Shown: positions 10,168 through 20,174, counted from the first letter of the stretch. The stretch: DNA of 64,000 bases from an uncultured Verrucomicrobiae bacterium (GCA_963756875.1 CAVWPA010000001.1:96001-160000), one strand, 5' to 3'. Program-made: numbers and translations. Notes: a model not told the origin generated them from the sequence alone.

Positions 10168-10638
10168 TCAGTAAATATACGGCCGCGGAAGCTGGAAGGC
10201 GTTCTGGATCAGTTCCAGCTGCGGTTTGGCGCCTTCGGGCATCAGCACTTCCACCACGTCGAACCGGAAGAAAATATCCGGATTATCGAGCAACCGCAGC
10301 CAGGCCAGGCCGCCCTGCGCGATGCGCCGCTGCTGGTCCCGATGCACCGCTGTCAGCGGACGCCCGAAATCCTGGCTGCCACGCGTTTTGACTTCCACGA
10401 ACACCAGCGTGTCTTGGTCGCGGCAAACGATGTCGATCTGGCCGCCGCGCCGCCCGCGAAAATCGCGATAGAGCACCTTGTAACCGTGCCGGCGTAAAAA
10501 GCGGCAGGCCAGTTTTTCGCCGAGCGCGCCACGCCGAATATGCTCAGGCTTAGGCTTGGGCGATTTCTTCGAGCGCCAGAAGCGGTTGCGCCACCGGCTC
10601 AAAAGAGCGGCGATGGATCGGACAGGGCCCGAATTCAT
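10168..10638 (-). CDS. YraN family (UPF0102) PD-(D/E)xK protein; start uncertain
   Basis: GALGEKLACRFL, GQIDIVC, LVFVEVKTR and RFDVVEV motifs; typical position after rnhB. Confidence 0.88.
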   Translation of the reverse strand: MNSGPVRSIAALLSRWRNRFWRSKKSPKPKPEHIRRGALGEKLACRFLRRHGYKVLYRDFRGRRGGQIDIVCRDQDTLVFVEVKTRGSQDFGRPLTAVHRDQQRRIAQGGLAWLRLLDNPDIFFRFDVVEVLMPEGAKPQLELIQNAFQLPRPYIY

Positions 10639-11194
10639 GGAGCTTGGTGAGGTGCAGTTCTGTGCCGTAACCTTTGTGCCGGCTGAAACAGTATGCGGGG
10701 AATTCACAACAGAAGTCACGCATCATCCGGTCCCGCGTTACCTTGGCGATCACGCTCGCGGCGGCGATGGTCAGGCTGTAACAATCGCCGTCGATGATCG
10801 CCGTCTGCGGAAACGGAAACGGAAAAACCGGCAGCCCATCGAGCAGAACATGGTCGGGTGGCGGCCCGGCCAGCGCAGTGATGGCGATGCGCATCGCTTT
10901 GTGGCTCGCGCGCAAAATGTTGATCCGGTCGATCTCGACGGAATCGACCACACCGATGGCCCATTGGATCCCGGAATTAGAGATTAGTTCGCCGTAGATT
11001 TTTTCCCGCAGCTCGGGTGCGAGTTGTTTGGAATCGTTCAGCTTCCGGTGCCGGAATTTTTCGGGGAGAACGACCGCGGCAGCCACGACAGGTCCGGCCA
11101 GCGCGCCGCGGCCTGCTTCATCGATCCCGGCGATCCGCGCGATACCAGTGGCGCGCAGTTTCTTTTCGTGACGAAATCCGCAGCGCCGGCGCAT
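10550..11194 (-). CDS. rnhB: Ribonuclease HII
   Basis: AGIDEAGRG, LNDSKQL, IAAASVIAKVTRD, HKGYGT and HRRSF motifs. Confidence 0.97.
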   Translation of the reverse strand: MRRRCGFRHEKKLRATGIARIAGIDEAGRGALAGPVVAAAVVLPEKFRHRKLNDSKQLAPELREKIYGELISNSGIQWAIGVVDSVEIDRINILRASHKAMRIAITALAGPPPDHVLLDGLPVFPFPFPQTAIIDGDCYSLTIAAASVIAKVTRDRMMRDFCCEFPAYCFSRHKGYGTELHLTKLHEFGPCPIHRRSFEPVAQPLLALEEIAQA

Positions 11195-11279
11195 CGCGCC
11201 ACTTTATGCACAAATCGTCCGAGTGTTCACAACGAAAAATGGCAAGGGGTAATTGGGCGGCATCGGTGATAGCGTGGCG

Positions 11280-11565
11280 AAGTTCCAAATCCCAACCACC
11301 GGCCGCCTTCGGCGGAAGCGCCAAATCCCAAGCTCCAAACCCCAGGGAAACTTCAAATCCCAAGCTCCAAAATTCAAAAGAGAGGTAGGGACGCCGTCCG
11401 GCAGCCGCCGGAGCCGGCCGATCGGCGCAGCGCGCCGACCCTACCAGACGGAGGCCAATTCCCAACGCCGAATTAAAAGAGACGCGGCACCCGGACAGCT
11501 CCCTGGGTTTTGAAGGTTGAATCTTGGAGCTTCCCTGGTGCTTGGAGGTTGGAGCTTGGTGCTTC
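11280..11565. repeat. Inverted heptamer array enclosing a GTAG REP-like element (11384-11445)
   Basis: aaatcccaagctccaa arms; ttggagcttccctggtgcttggaggttggagcttggtgctt; internal gGTAGggacgcc...cccTACc. Confidence 0.75.
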
Positions 11566-11597
11566 GCGCCTGGGTTTGATGCTCCGGGTAGGCGCGT

Positions 11598-11939
11598 TTA
11601 TTCCCTGACAGCCGTCGCTTCCTTGCCTTTGCGGGTGCGCAGATAATTGAGCCGGGCGCGGCGTGCTTTGCCTGGTTGGTCTACTTCGACCTTGGCGATG
11701 CGCGGCGAATGGACCGGAAACCCGCGCTCCACCCCTTCCCCGTAGGAAATGCGGCGCACGGTGAATGTTTCGTTCAATCCACGGCCCTTGCGGCCGATGA
11801 CGATTCCGGCGAAGATCTGGATCCGCTCCTTGTCCCCTTCCACCACACGCGTGTGCACACGCACGCTGTCACCGACCTTGAAGTTGTTCGCTTCGGTTTT
11901 CTGCTGTTCTTTTTCGATCGCGTCGATGATCCGGTTCAT
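11598..11939 (-). CDS. rplS: 50S ribosomal protein L19
   Basis: [33 protein letters not shown] and RRARLNYLR motifs. Confidence 0.97.
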   Translation of the reverse strand: MNRIIDAIEKEQQKTEANNFKVGDSVRVHTRVVEGDKERIQIFAGIVIGRKGRGLNETFTVRRISYGEGVERGFPVHSPRIAKVEVDQPGKARRARLNYLRTRKGKEATAVRE

Positions 11940-12032
11940 AAAGCTGCCCCTCGAATGTTACTTTGGCTCCGATAACGGGGCCGATATCTTCAGCGCGCGG
12001 GCGAAAAAATCAAATGAAACATGGAGGGGCAG

Positions 12033-12166
12033 CAAGCACCAAGTTCCAAGCACCAAATCCCAAGGAAGCTCCAAGCATCAAGCTTCAAATGAAGTGTTCG
12101 CGATCTCCCATTGTTGTTTGAAGATTGAAGTTTCCCTGGAGCTTGGATGTTGGAGCTTGGGGTTTC
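12033..12166. repeat. Inverted heptamer array
   Basis: aagcaccaagttccaagcaccaaatcccaa...ctggagcttggatgttggagcttggggttt. Confidence 0.8.
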
Positions 12167-12252
12167 GCGCAGGGCATCTCTCTTCGTCGCACCGCATACT
12201 GGAAAATTTTGGCGTGTAAAAGAACGAACGATGGCTAAGTTGCACGCCCTGC

Positions 12253-12326
12253 GCGCCCGTAGCTCAACTGGATAGAGCGTCGGCCTCCGGAGCCGAAGGT
12301 TGTGGGTTCGACCCCCGCCGGGCGCA
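12253..12326 (+). tRNA. tRNA-Arg(CCG)
   Basis: Acceptor gcgcccg/cgggcgc, D arm tagctcaactggatagagc, anticodon arm tcggc-ctCCGga-gccga, T loop ggttcgac; no encoded CCA. Confidence 0.95.
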
Positions 12327-12399
12327 GTTGGGGCTTCGGGACTGCCCAACGCCGGTCGCCAATATCTGGATTGCCGCTCAGCGTTAGTTCAAAGTTTTG

Positions 12400-12620
12400 G
12401 CTATGATAGCTATGGCTATATCGGCGGCAATTGGGCCATCAGCCACAACACGATCCCAAACGTCTGTAACGACGAAGGCGACATTTACGAGCGTGAACGC
12501 TATAGCTCACCCAATCAGGACTTCCGCTCCCTCTTCAATTGCCCGCCGGGGGTCTATCAAGTCGACATCCTGGAGGCCGAGACGTTCATGAACGGGCCTA
12601 ACCAGAGGCGCTGTCCTTAG
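12400..12620 (+). pseudogene. Malectin-like carbohydrate-binding domain fragment
   Basis: DIYERERYS...FNCPPGVYQVDILEAETFMNGPNQR resembles the malectin pattern LYQSERY...G.Y.V.L.FAE......QR; no proper start and truncated. Confidence 0.5.
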
Positions 12621-12806
12621 GAGAGCATTCGGGCAAATCGCTAGTCGCTGCTGGAAAGCGACTTTTACTCAATCGAAAAGCTTGCTTTTGATGACGGTTC
12701 AAGTGCTCCGGTGCAAGGCCAAGAATGTCCGATATCATGACACGAGTGTCCTATTAATAGACATAATTTTGGACGGTAATACGTCCTCCACCTAGGTAAA
12801 GGCGTT

Positions 12807-13316
12807 TTGGTACCGCCGTTGCTAACTGGGATTGGCCATATGTTTCTGCAAAAAACCCTACACATGAGTCAGTCGCTGGAAGAGTGCAAGGCGCGCTTCT
12901 CCAACATTCAGTCATACTGTCGCCAGTCTCTGACGCGTACTGAGGCGACCGTGACATCTTCCAAAACGGTTAACTTCAGTTTTAGCGGACCACTGGGCTT
13001 TCAAGCTCACACGGCGCTTCTGGCGGTCGACACCGAGTCGTCCGACGAATGCGCGTTTGAATCGGCGGGCGGTAACATTGATGTGATGGGCCTGGTTGAC
13101 CTCAGTGAGATCCGACCACACTGGACCGAGGTCACACTCATGGTGCATTACGACATCAAAAACAAGCTATTCGCATGGCTTGATCGGCGGTTGCACTTCG
13201 TCGACGCGTGCTTGAATTCGGAGCTCCGCAGTATCCGAGCACACTTCGAAGGAATTGCAGTGCCACGCGTCGTGCATTTGCCAATGCCACCGGTATTCGA
13301 AGCGTCTGCAATCTAG
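12807..13316 (+). CDS. Hypothetical protein, possibly SRPBCC/polyketide-cyclase-like fold
   Basis: Intact 169-aa ORF; G.V.L..IRPHWTEVTLMVHYD pattern is only suggestive. Confidence 0.55.
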   Translation: MVPPLLTGIGHMFLQKTLHMSQSLEECKARFSNIQSYCRQSLTRTEATVTSSKTVNFSFSGPLGFQAHTALLAVDTESSDECAFESAGGNIDVMGLVDLSEIRPHWTEVTLMVHYDIKNKLFAWLDRRLHFVDACLNSELRSIRAHFEGIAVPRVVHLPMPPVFEASAI

Positions 13317-13367
13317 TGTTCAGCCATTTTATTTCTCTGCTAAGTCCGTTCGAATAAATCGAAGAAC

Positions 13368-14150
13368 ATGATCACACCTCTTGCTGAAATTGAAATCACC
13401 GCGACTAACGAATTCAGCGGCCCGGTTCACTTGGAGCGATTTCGGAGACCGGTCAGCTGCAAAGTTAAAGAAAACGTGCAGCGCTTCGATGCAATGCACG
13501 TCAATCTCGACGAACCAACCACGTCTCTCGAAACGGAGAAGGATCTGCCGCTTGGGCAGGCTTCGGCGCCGCTGCTCGATCCGGGGGTGCCATCGGACCT
13601 TGAATTAATGCATGGGATACAACGTAAAGATCCCAACGCTCTCTCCGAGCTTTATGACCGCTATAGTGGAATAATAAAAGCATTGGTTTTACGCGTAGTG
13701 AATAACGACGCGGAGGCGGATGATTTGCTGCAAGAAATATTTATGGAGATCTGGAATCAGGCCGGGAATTTCTCGGCTGGCAAAGGCAAGCCGCTGGGTT
13801 GGATGGTTACCTTAGCGCGCCGACGCGCCATCGACCGGCTAAGACAAAGACAAGCTTACGCCCGCGCCGGGGAGCGTCTGCAAAACGAGATTGACCAGCG
13901 ACAAAAGGCGTGTGGGAACGATTCCACGGCCGAAATTAACCTCGGCGATAAACGCCAGTTGATTCGCAAGGTGCTCGACTTGCTACCCCATCCGCAAAAG
14001 CAGGCTGTCGAACTTGCATTTTTTTTAGGTATGAGTCAGCGTGAAATCGCCGCGAATACGAATACACCATTAGGGACAGTCAAGACCCGGCTTGAATTAG
14101 GACTAAAAAAAATATATGAAGAGCTCAAAGGGTTAAGAGATGAACTTTGA
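13368..14150 (+). CDS. ECF sigma-70 factor (SigK-like); true start may be downstream
   Basis: ALSELYDRY, ADDLLQEIFMEIW, RRRAIDRLR and SQREIA...PLGTVKTRL motifs. Confidence 0.9.
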   Translation: MITPLAEIEITATNEFSGPVHLERFRRPVSCKVKENVQRFDAMHVNLDEPTTSLETEKDLPLGQASAPLLDPGVPSDLELMHGIQRKDPNALSELYDRYSGIIKALVLRVVNNDAEADDLLQEIFMEIWNQAGNFSAGKGKPLGWMVTLARRRAIDRLRQRQAYARAGERLQNEIDQRQKACGNDSTAEINLGDKRQLIRKVLDLLPHPQKQAVELAFFLGMSQREIAANTNTPLGTVKTRLELGLKKIYEELKGLRDEL

Positions 14151-14376
14151 GGCGTTCCAAAGCTATTCGCGGCTTTATGTGATAGGCACCCTTGAGCCCG
14201 AGGAACTCGAAGAGTTCGAAGAAGCGCGAAAGCATTTTGGTCAGCAAGCCGAAGATTTTATCCGCGACTGCTATGCGTTGCATGAAGCCTTTGCCCTTAG
14301 CCTTAAGCCGGCCAAATCCTCAGCCTCTCTCAAAGATAGGTTAATGTCGATGGTGCGCGAAAAGCAGCGGCGTTAA
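14140..14376 (+). CDS. Short soluble anti-sigma-like protein (N-terminal anti-sigma domain only)
   Basis: Overlaps the sigma stop; LYVIGTLEPEELEEFE...LKDRLM pattern of RskA-type N-termini; no TM helix. Confidence 0.7.
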   Translation: MNFEAFQSYSRLYVIGTLEPEELEEFEEARKHFGQQAEDFIRDCYALHEAFALSLKPAKSSASLKDRLMSMVREKQRR

Positions 14377-14483
14377 TCGCCGGAGTTTCCCGGTATCCAT
14401 TGGTCCACCCAGACTAAAATTCCGCAGGTGAATGGCAGAAGCGTCGGCCCGTTTCTTCTGTCTCTGCACCGCAATCGACTTTG

Positions 14484-15877
14484 TCACAGCTCGATGGCGT
14501 AACGCTTCATTTTGTTATAAAGCGTCGGCCGCCCAATTCCGAGAAGCCGTGCCGCCTTCTTCTTGTTGCCGTGGCATCGCGCGAGCGCTTGCAAAATGGT
14601 CGCGCGCTCAACGTCATCGAGACTTAGCGCTCCATGCCACGGCTCAGTGCCACGCTCACTTTGTTGCAGCACCATTGGCAATTGCACTTCGGCCGGAAGT
14701 TCCTTTACGCCGATGAGATCTTGACGCGCCAACACGACTGCGTATTCCATCGCGTTTTGCAGCTCACGCACGTTGCCGGGCCACGTGTAGTCGAGCAGCT
14801 TTTCGAAAGCATCGGGCGCAATCGCCGGCTCCCGCTTTCCTAGTTGCTGCGCGAATTGTTTTACGAAAGAGGCGATGAGCGGCGGAATATCCTGCTTCCT
14901 ATCACGAAGCGGCGGTACTTCGATCTGAAATGTGTTCAGCCGGTAATACAAATCCGGACGCAAGCGCTTTTCGGCTAACGCTTGAGCAATCGGTCGATTC
15001 GTCGCTGCGATCACGCGGAAATCAACTTTCAGCGTTTCTGTGCTTCCAAGTGGTCGGTATTCACGTTCCTGCAGCACACGGAGAAAACGTGTCTGCAGTT
15101 CGATCGGCATATCAGAGATTTCGTCCAGAAACAGGGTGCTCCCTCCTGCCTCACCAATCATTCCGGTGAAATCGTTGGTCGCGCCGGTGAAAGCACCTTT
15201 TACGTACCGAAAAGCTCTCCTTCGATCATGGCTTGCGGAAACGCCGCGCAATTGAGTTTTACCATCGGCTTGGCCGCGCGGCGGCTGCGATGGTGAATCA
15301 TATTGGCAATCACTTCTTTGCCCACACCACTCTCGCCTGTGATGAGCACATTCGCTTCGGAAGGTGCCATGGCGTTGATTAACTCTTCGATTTCCTGCAT
15401 CGGCTTGCTTTTGAAGACTGGAGTAAGCCGCGTCTCGGCAATCTCGAGACGCTTCTCCAACTGCGCCGTCTTTTCTCGAAGTTCCGCCGTCTCGCGAAGC
15501 AATGTCTGTTTTTCCAACGCTTTCTCGACCAGACTGAGCAATTCCTCCGGAGCGTATGGTTTGCTGATGAAATGATAAGCACCGCGCTTGATCGATTCGA
15601 TCGCGTTGCTCAAAGAATCGTGCGCCGTCAGAATGATGACCGGCGTTTCTGGATGCTCGCTTTTGATTTGGTCGAGCATTTGGAATCCTTCTGCGTCAGG
15701 TAGTTGCAAATCGAGTAACACCAAGTCGGGCGATTTATTCTTCAATGCGCGCAAGCCTGTGGTCGCAGTTGCGGCCGTCTCCGTTTGATAACCGTGTCTG
15801 CCCAGAAGCGCCTCGAGTGTGAGAAGGATCGATCGCTGGTCGTCAACAATCAGGATTCGACGATTCTCCGTCATCAT
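14484..15877 (-). pseudogene. Sigma54-dependent response regulator (NtrC/AtoC family), frameshifted near 15205
   Basis: REC + GESGVGKE + NCAA...ELFG in one frame; YVKGAFTGA, FLDEI, DLYYRLN, WPGNVREL and HTH in another; one base missing in GGT-TAC. Confidence 0.85.
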
Positions 15878-16008
15878 AATGACTGCTTGTGCTCCACCAG
15901 CGGCAACGGCATGCTTGTGAGCAGCGCCAACCCGGGCGGATCATCCCGAGCGCGCAATCCGCTGTTGTGGGCCTCGACAATAACGCGCATGAGATTTAGA
16001 TCAAGATT
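15874..16008 (-). pseudogene. C-terminal remnant of a histidine kinase HATPase domain
   Basis: Minus strand reads NLDLNLMRVIVEAHNSGLRARDDPPG...MPLP..., with its TGA overlapping the regulator ATG. Confidence 0.5.
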
Positions 16009-16204
16009 GTAACAGCCCCAGCCGAACTTGTGAAGTGGCTCGCGATCCTAATTTTCCCGTGGAGGTTGAGCGCCTTTGGGTCCCCGAAGCACGAACACAA
16101 AAAATTACCCGAACGTATGGGGTGATTTCGCGCGAGGCCCTGGCGCTTCGTCCTTGACGGTCGAGGTGAGAGGTTGAGCATCTTCAGCGAAGGTTAAGTT
16201 TTCT

Positions 16205-16417
16205 ATGGCGGCCCCCACCAAGCGTGCAGAGCGGGAACTGATCCGGGCCAAGGAAGCGCTGAAGCGGAGGACCGAGGAACTCGCCAACTCGCTCTTGGGA
16301 GATCTACGCGTGTTCCGGGTGATCGGAACTCTGGTGGGTATCAGCCTGATCTTCAGCGGTGTCTCCAGATTTATGCTTTCAATGGCCATCCGCAGGACAG
16401 GCGCTGCGGCAGCATAA
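16205..16417 (+). pseudogene. Chimeric remnant: kinase-type coiled-coil linker fused to an HdeD/DUF308-like C-terminus
   Basis: KRAERELIRAKEALKRRTEELA joined to IGTLVGISLIFSGVSRFML. Confidence 0.4.
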
Positions 16418-16544
16418 TTTTGGGAGCTCTCGCTCCGCGCGCGCTGCCGGCGAAAGCAGCCCCAGGGAGCGCCTGCGGCCCGTCAACAAACCGTTCAAGA
16501 ATCGCAGGCGACACGCCTGCCGCTACAGCAGAATCGCAGGCGAT

Positions 16545-16875
16545 CTACGCCAGCGCTTCGATCCGGTTGAGCAAATCCTTCTTGCTCGTCATTCCGGTAA
16601 CTTGGTCGCGAAGCTGGCCATTCTTGAAAAGGAGCAGCGAAGGAATGGCCCGGATATTGTCACTTGGAGGAGAGGCTCTGGTTATCGTCCACGTTGACCT
16701 TGGCCACTTTGAGCGCGCCCGCTTTTTCCCTGGCGATTTCGTCGAGCAGCGGCGCAATCAGTTTGCATGGGCCGCACCATTCCGCCCAAAAATCGACCAG
16801 CACCGGCTTGTCGCTATGCACTACTTCCTGGTCAAAATTCGATTCGTTCAGATTAATCGTCTCTGAGTTTTCCAT
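16545..16875 (-). CDS. trxA: Thioredoxin, split by an apparent 1-nt insertion at about 16661
   Basis: [14 protein letters not shown] in one frame and [14 protein letters not shown] in another; AAG-TGAC-AAT where AAG-TAC-AAT (KYN) restores the frame. Confidence 0.9.
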
Positions 16876-17480
16876 CAGGAAATGTAATTCAAGATTTGAA
16901 TAATCAAAACGACCGCGGAGACACCAAGGAGAGCCCAGTAAAATACGCCGGGGACTTCCTCGAAAACCGGGCTGTCACCGGTGCTCGGGCTTGGACCCGC
17001 CTCGCTTGCCGCCGTCGTCATGATCGGTGCGGCGGGCGCGGAGCTCGCGGGCATGTCGATCAGCGGCTGGGTCTTTTTCATCTGCACCGCGGGACCGGCT
17101 GTCTTTACCGGATCCGGGAGCACTGTGATTCGTGCCGTTTCTTTTTTCAGGCTGGTCGCTGAAGGAGTGGCAGGCGCAGGTGCGGGCGCAGCGCTTGAGG
17201 CGGGCGCATTCGACTGACTTGGCGACGCGCCTGGCGGCGGCGGAATAAAACGCGGCGCCTGGACGGGTTTGCTCGGCGCGGGAGGGACCAATGTCCTGGC
17301 CATGGGAGGACGAGGAGCGCCTTCACGAGGCGGATTAGCGGGTGGGAGAGGCGCGCTCACGGGTGGACGCGTCGGTAAAGTGATTCGCACCGTGTCGCGC
17401 CCTTCACCGGCCTTCGCCGGTTGCGGCGGCGGAACCGCGATGCGGACCGTCTCTTTTTTTGGTTCAGTCGGCTCGGCCAT
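16875..17480 (-). CDS. Pro-rich protein with a C-terminal membrane anchor
   Basis: Repeated KKETVRI/RDTVRI/KKETARI motifs in a Pro-rich chain; C-terminal TM helix; stop overlaps the trxA start. Confidence 0.75.
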   Translation of the reverse strand: MAEPTEPKKETVRIAVPPPQPAKAGEGRDTVRITLPTRPPVSAPLPPANPPREGAPRPPMARTLVPPAPSKPVQAPRFIPPPPGASPSQSNAPASSAAPAPAPATPSATSLKKETARITVLPDPVKTAGPAVQMKKTQPLIDMPASSAPAAPIMTTAASEAGPSPSTGDSPVFEEVPGVFYWALLGVSAVVLIIQILNYIS

Positions 17481-17633
17481 GAGATTGTTAATGCAATTAA
17501 AGATTGCCCGAAAATGCCCGCTTTGTCACTGGTTAACTTAAAAAACAACCTCTTCGCAACCGGCGGAGCCGTGTAATCAATGGCGCAATTCGGAGGCATA
17601 GGGCAGGTGGAGCGCCCGCCCTACAATGATTGC

Positions 17634-19181
17634 TCAGGCGAGCAGATCGTAGCCGCGGCTTCCGGATATTCTTCGGCGCACGAATTCGCCCACGGGCGCC
17701 GCTTCTGACAGAACGACGCGCGCATCGACGTCCGGCGCGTCCGCTTCGGTCCGCGCAATAAGCGGTTGGTCTACCAGTAACTTCAATTCGCAGCCAATCT
17801 TTGCGGAGGCAATTTCGTGCGCGATCTTTTGCTGAAGGGACATCGCGGCCCGGTACCGGGCGTTTTTCGTTTTCGCGGGAACCTGCTCCTCCATCTTCGC
17901 GGCGCGCGAGCCCTCTTCCCGGGAATACTTGAAAATACCGAGTCGTTCGAATCGCGTACGCTCGATAAAATCCATGAGCGTTTCGAATTGCCGGTCTGTT
18001 TCTCCCGGGAAACCAGCGATAAACGTCGTGCGCAACGCCACGCCCGGAATTCCCGCGCGCAATCTGTCGATCAGATTCTCGATGTGTTCTCGCGACGTTT
18101 CCCGGCGCATTTGCGCCAGCATCGTTTCGTCGATGTGCTGAAGCGGGATATCGATGTAACGGGCGACCTTGTCGCATTGCGCGACGGTCTCGATTAATTC
18201 GTCGCTCCAGTGCGCCGGATGAGTGTAAAGAAGCCGCACCCAAAATTCGCCGTCGATCTCCTGTATTTCACGCAACAGTCCGGCAAGGGTCGGGCCACGC
18301 GAAGAATCGACCGCCTGCCGTGGCCCCGCCTTCTCGCTCCACAAGTCCATTCCGTAGTAGGTTGTATCCTGGCTGATCAAATTAATTTCGCGCACGCCTT
18401 CGGCGACGAGCCCGCGGAGTTCCGCCAGCACGGACTCGGGCGAACGGGAGCGATGTTTCCCGCGCATTTGCGGAATCACGCAAAAACTGCACGGATGATT
18501 GCACCCCTCGGCGATTTTTAGATAAGCCGAGTGAGCGGGCGTAAGTCGAAACCGCGGCGTATCGTAATCGGGAATGTAATGGGGACGCGCGGTGACAAAA
18601 TCAAGAGGGCTCTGTTCATCGTGCGAAATAGAAGAAACGCCGAACGTCCAACGCCCAACGTCCAACGCCGAAGTCTGATTCGGCCCGGCGTTGCCTGCGT
18701 TGGGCGTTGGGCGTTCGACGTTGAGCGTTCGGCGTTTGCTTATGATTTTCTCAACAATCGCTCCCAATTCGCTCACCTGGTCCAGCCCGATAAAGGCATC
18801 TACCTCCGGCAGAGCTTCGCGCAATTCCCGCGCAAAGCGCTGCGACATGCAGCCGCTGACGATCAATTTTTGTTCCGGCCGCTTTTGCAGGCCGCGACGT
18901 TGATGCGCTTCAAGGATCGCGTTGATCGATTCTTCCTTGGCGGAATCGATAAACGCACAAGTGTTCACCACCAGAACGTCGGCTTCCTCCGCGCTCGAAG
19001 TGATTTGCATTCCTCGCTGCAACACACTTCCCAGCATGATCTCCGCGTCGACCAGGTTCTTCGCGCAGCCGAGGCTGATCATGCCGACCTTCGGCGGCTT
19101 TGGTGGCAGGCGTGTCGCCTGTTTCCATTCGGGGTTCGCAGCCGACACGGCTGCCTCTACAGAAGAATCATCTTCGCGCAT
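17634..19181 (-). CDS. rimO: Ribosomal protein S12 methylthiotransferase RimO, with two repeat-derived insertions
   Basis: SLGCAKNLVDAE, NTCAFI, EGCNHPCSFC, DIPLQH, LRTTFIAGFPGET and DAPDVD motifs. Confidence 0.96.
   Translation of the reverse strand: MREDDSSVEAAVSAANPEWKQATRLPPKPPKVGMISLGCAKNLVDAEIMLGSVLQRGMQITSSAEEADVLVVNTCAFIDSAKEESINAILEAHQRRGLQKRPEQKLIVSGCMSQRFARELREALPEVDAFIGLDQVSELGAIVEKIISKRRTLNVERPTPNAGNAGPNQTSALDVGRWTFGVSSISHDEQSPLDFVTARPHYIPDYDTPRFRLTPAHSAYLKIAEGCNHPCSFCVIPQMRGKHRSRSPESVLAELRGLVAEGVREINLISQDTTYYGMDLWSEKAGPRQAVDSSRGPTLAGLLREIQEIDGEFWVRLLYTHPAHWSDELIETVAQCDKVARYIDIPLQHIDETMLAQMRRETSREHIENLIDRLRAGIPGVALRTTFIAGFPGETDRQFETLMDFIERTRFERLGIFKYSREEGSRAAKMEEQVPAKTKNARYRAAMSLQQKIAHEIASAKIGCELKLLVDQPLIARTEADAPDVDARVVLSEAAPVGEFVRRRISGSRGYDLLA
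18636..18736. repeat. Inverted heptamer array (AACGYCC) inside rimO
   Basis: aacgccg-aacgtcc-aacgccc-aacgtcc-aacgccg ... cgttggg-cgttggg-cgttcga-cgttgag-cgttcgg; intergenic half copy at 8178-8213. Confidence 0.85.
19101..19162. repeat. GTAG-type REP doublet in the 5' end of rimO
   Basis: ggcaggcgtgtcgcctg...gcagccgacacggctgcctCTACag. Confidence 0.85.
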
Positions 19182-19193
19182 GATCCCGGCCCG

Positions 19194-20156
19194 TTATTCG
19201 ACGGTGACATCGCTGTCGCCTTCCGCGATCAGCTTTCCGTTTTTTCTGATCTGAATCGCGTCGCGATCCAGGACCCGCACGGCGATGTGTTGCCCGCTAA
19301 ATTCCATTGCCCCGTCATCTGGAGAAATCCAACGCTCGAAAGGCGGTTTCTTTGTTCCGCTATCGACCACTACCTTGATGTAAGTTTTCTTGAGCGGCTT
19401 GATTGTTACGTGATTTGGCCCGCCTGATTCAGCGGCCTTCTCGGTCGCGCCGGCTTTCGCCAAATCCTCCGGGCGCACGGGTTCTGCTCGACGGATCACC
19501 GGCTCTTTTGGCGCCGGCGTGGAGATAGGCGCCGCGGTTGCCGCGCTGGCGAGGACAGGAGAATTGGCCGCAACGGGAGCAGCCGCCGTCGGAACGGCCG
19601 TTGGCAAAGGCACAACCTTCCTTGGCGTGTTTGCGGGCGCCACCGCATGCGGCGTCGCGCGAGGCCCGGTAATCACCGGCGGTTGCACGGGCGATGAGAC
19701 TTCGGCTACGCCGATCCGTTCCTCTTTCCGCGGTGCGAGCCTTTGAATATTGAGAAACAATCTCATGAGGAGAAATCCGATGAGAATTGCCCCGACGGCG
19801 ATAATCAGCGGCCACGACGACGAGCGACCCGTTCTGGGACGGCGAACCCGCGGAGCGCGCTCCCTTCGTGACACCGGCGCAGGTTCCTCCTGCAGGTAGG
19901 AATAACCGTCCACCGTCACTTGCGCGGGTGTCTCAAACATCTCCAGATAAGGACTCACGTCGACATCAAGAAACTTTCCATAAATGAGAAGAAAACCCTT
20001 CGCGTAGGCCAAACTGGGAAATCGCGAAAAATCGTCGGCCTCGATCTCCGCCAGACGCGACGGGCGGATCTTGGTCATCCGAGCGGCTTCGTCCAGAGTC
20101 AGGCCTCGAGCCATGCGGGCTTCCTGAAATTTTTTTCCGAGACCTTCGATGGACAT
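19194..20156 (-). CDS. RodZ-like protein (HTH, TM helix, Pro-rich linker, C-terminal beta domain)
   Basis: GKKFQEARMARGLTLDEAA...LAEIEADDF...YAKGFL..Y..FL; lies between ftsK and rimO. Confidence 0.85.
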   Translation of the reverse strand: MSIEGLGKKFQEARMARGLTLDEAARMTKIRPSRLAEIEADDFSRFPSLAYAKGFLLIYGKFLDVDVSPYLEMFETPAQVTVDGYSYLQEEPAPVSRRERAPRVRRPRTGRSSSWPLIIAVGAILIGFLLMRLFLNIQRLAPRKEERIGVAEVSSPVQPPVITGPRATPHAVAPANTPRKVVPLPTAVPTAAAPVAANSPVLASAATAAPISTPAPKEPVIRRAEPVRPEDLAKAGATEKAAESGGPNHVTIKPLKKTYIKVVVDSGTKKPPFERWISPDDGAMEFSGQHIAVRVLDRDAIQIRKNGKLIAEGDSDVTVE

Positions 20157-20174
20157 GTTTTGGGGGCTTTCCGG

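Noticed and set aside
11280..12166. CRISPR array suggested by repeated sequence
   Set aside because: Units are 7-nt degenerate tandem and inverted arrays without constant repeats and unique spacers; no cas genes in the window.
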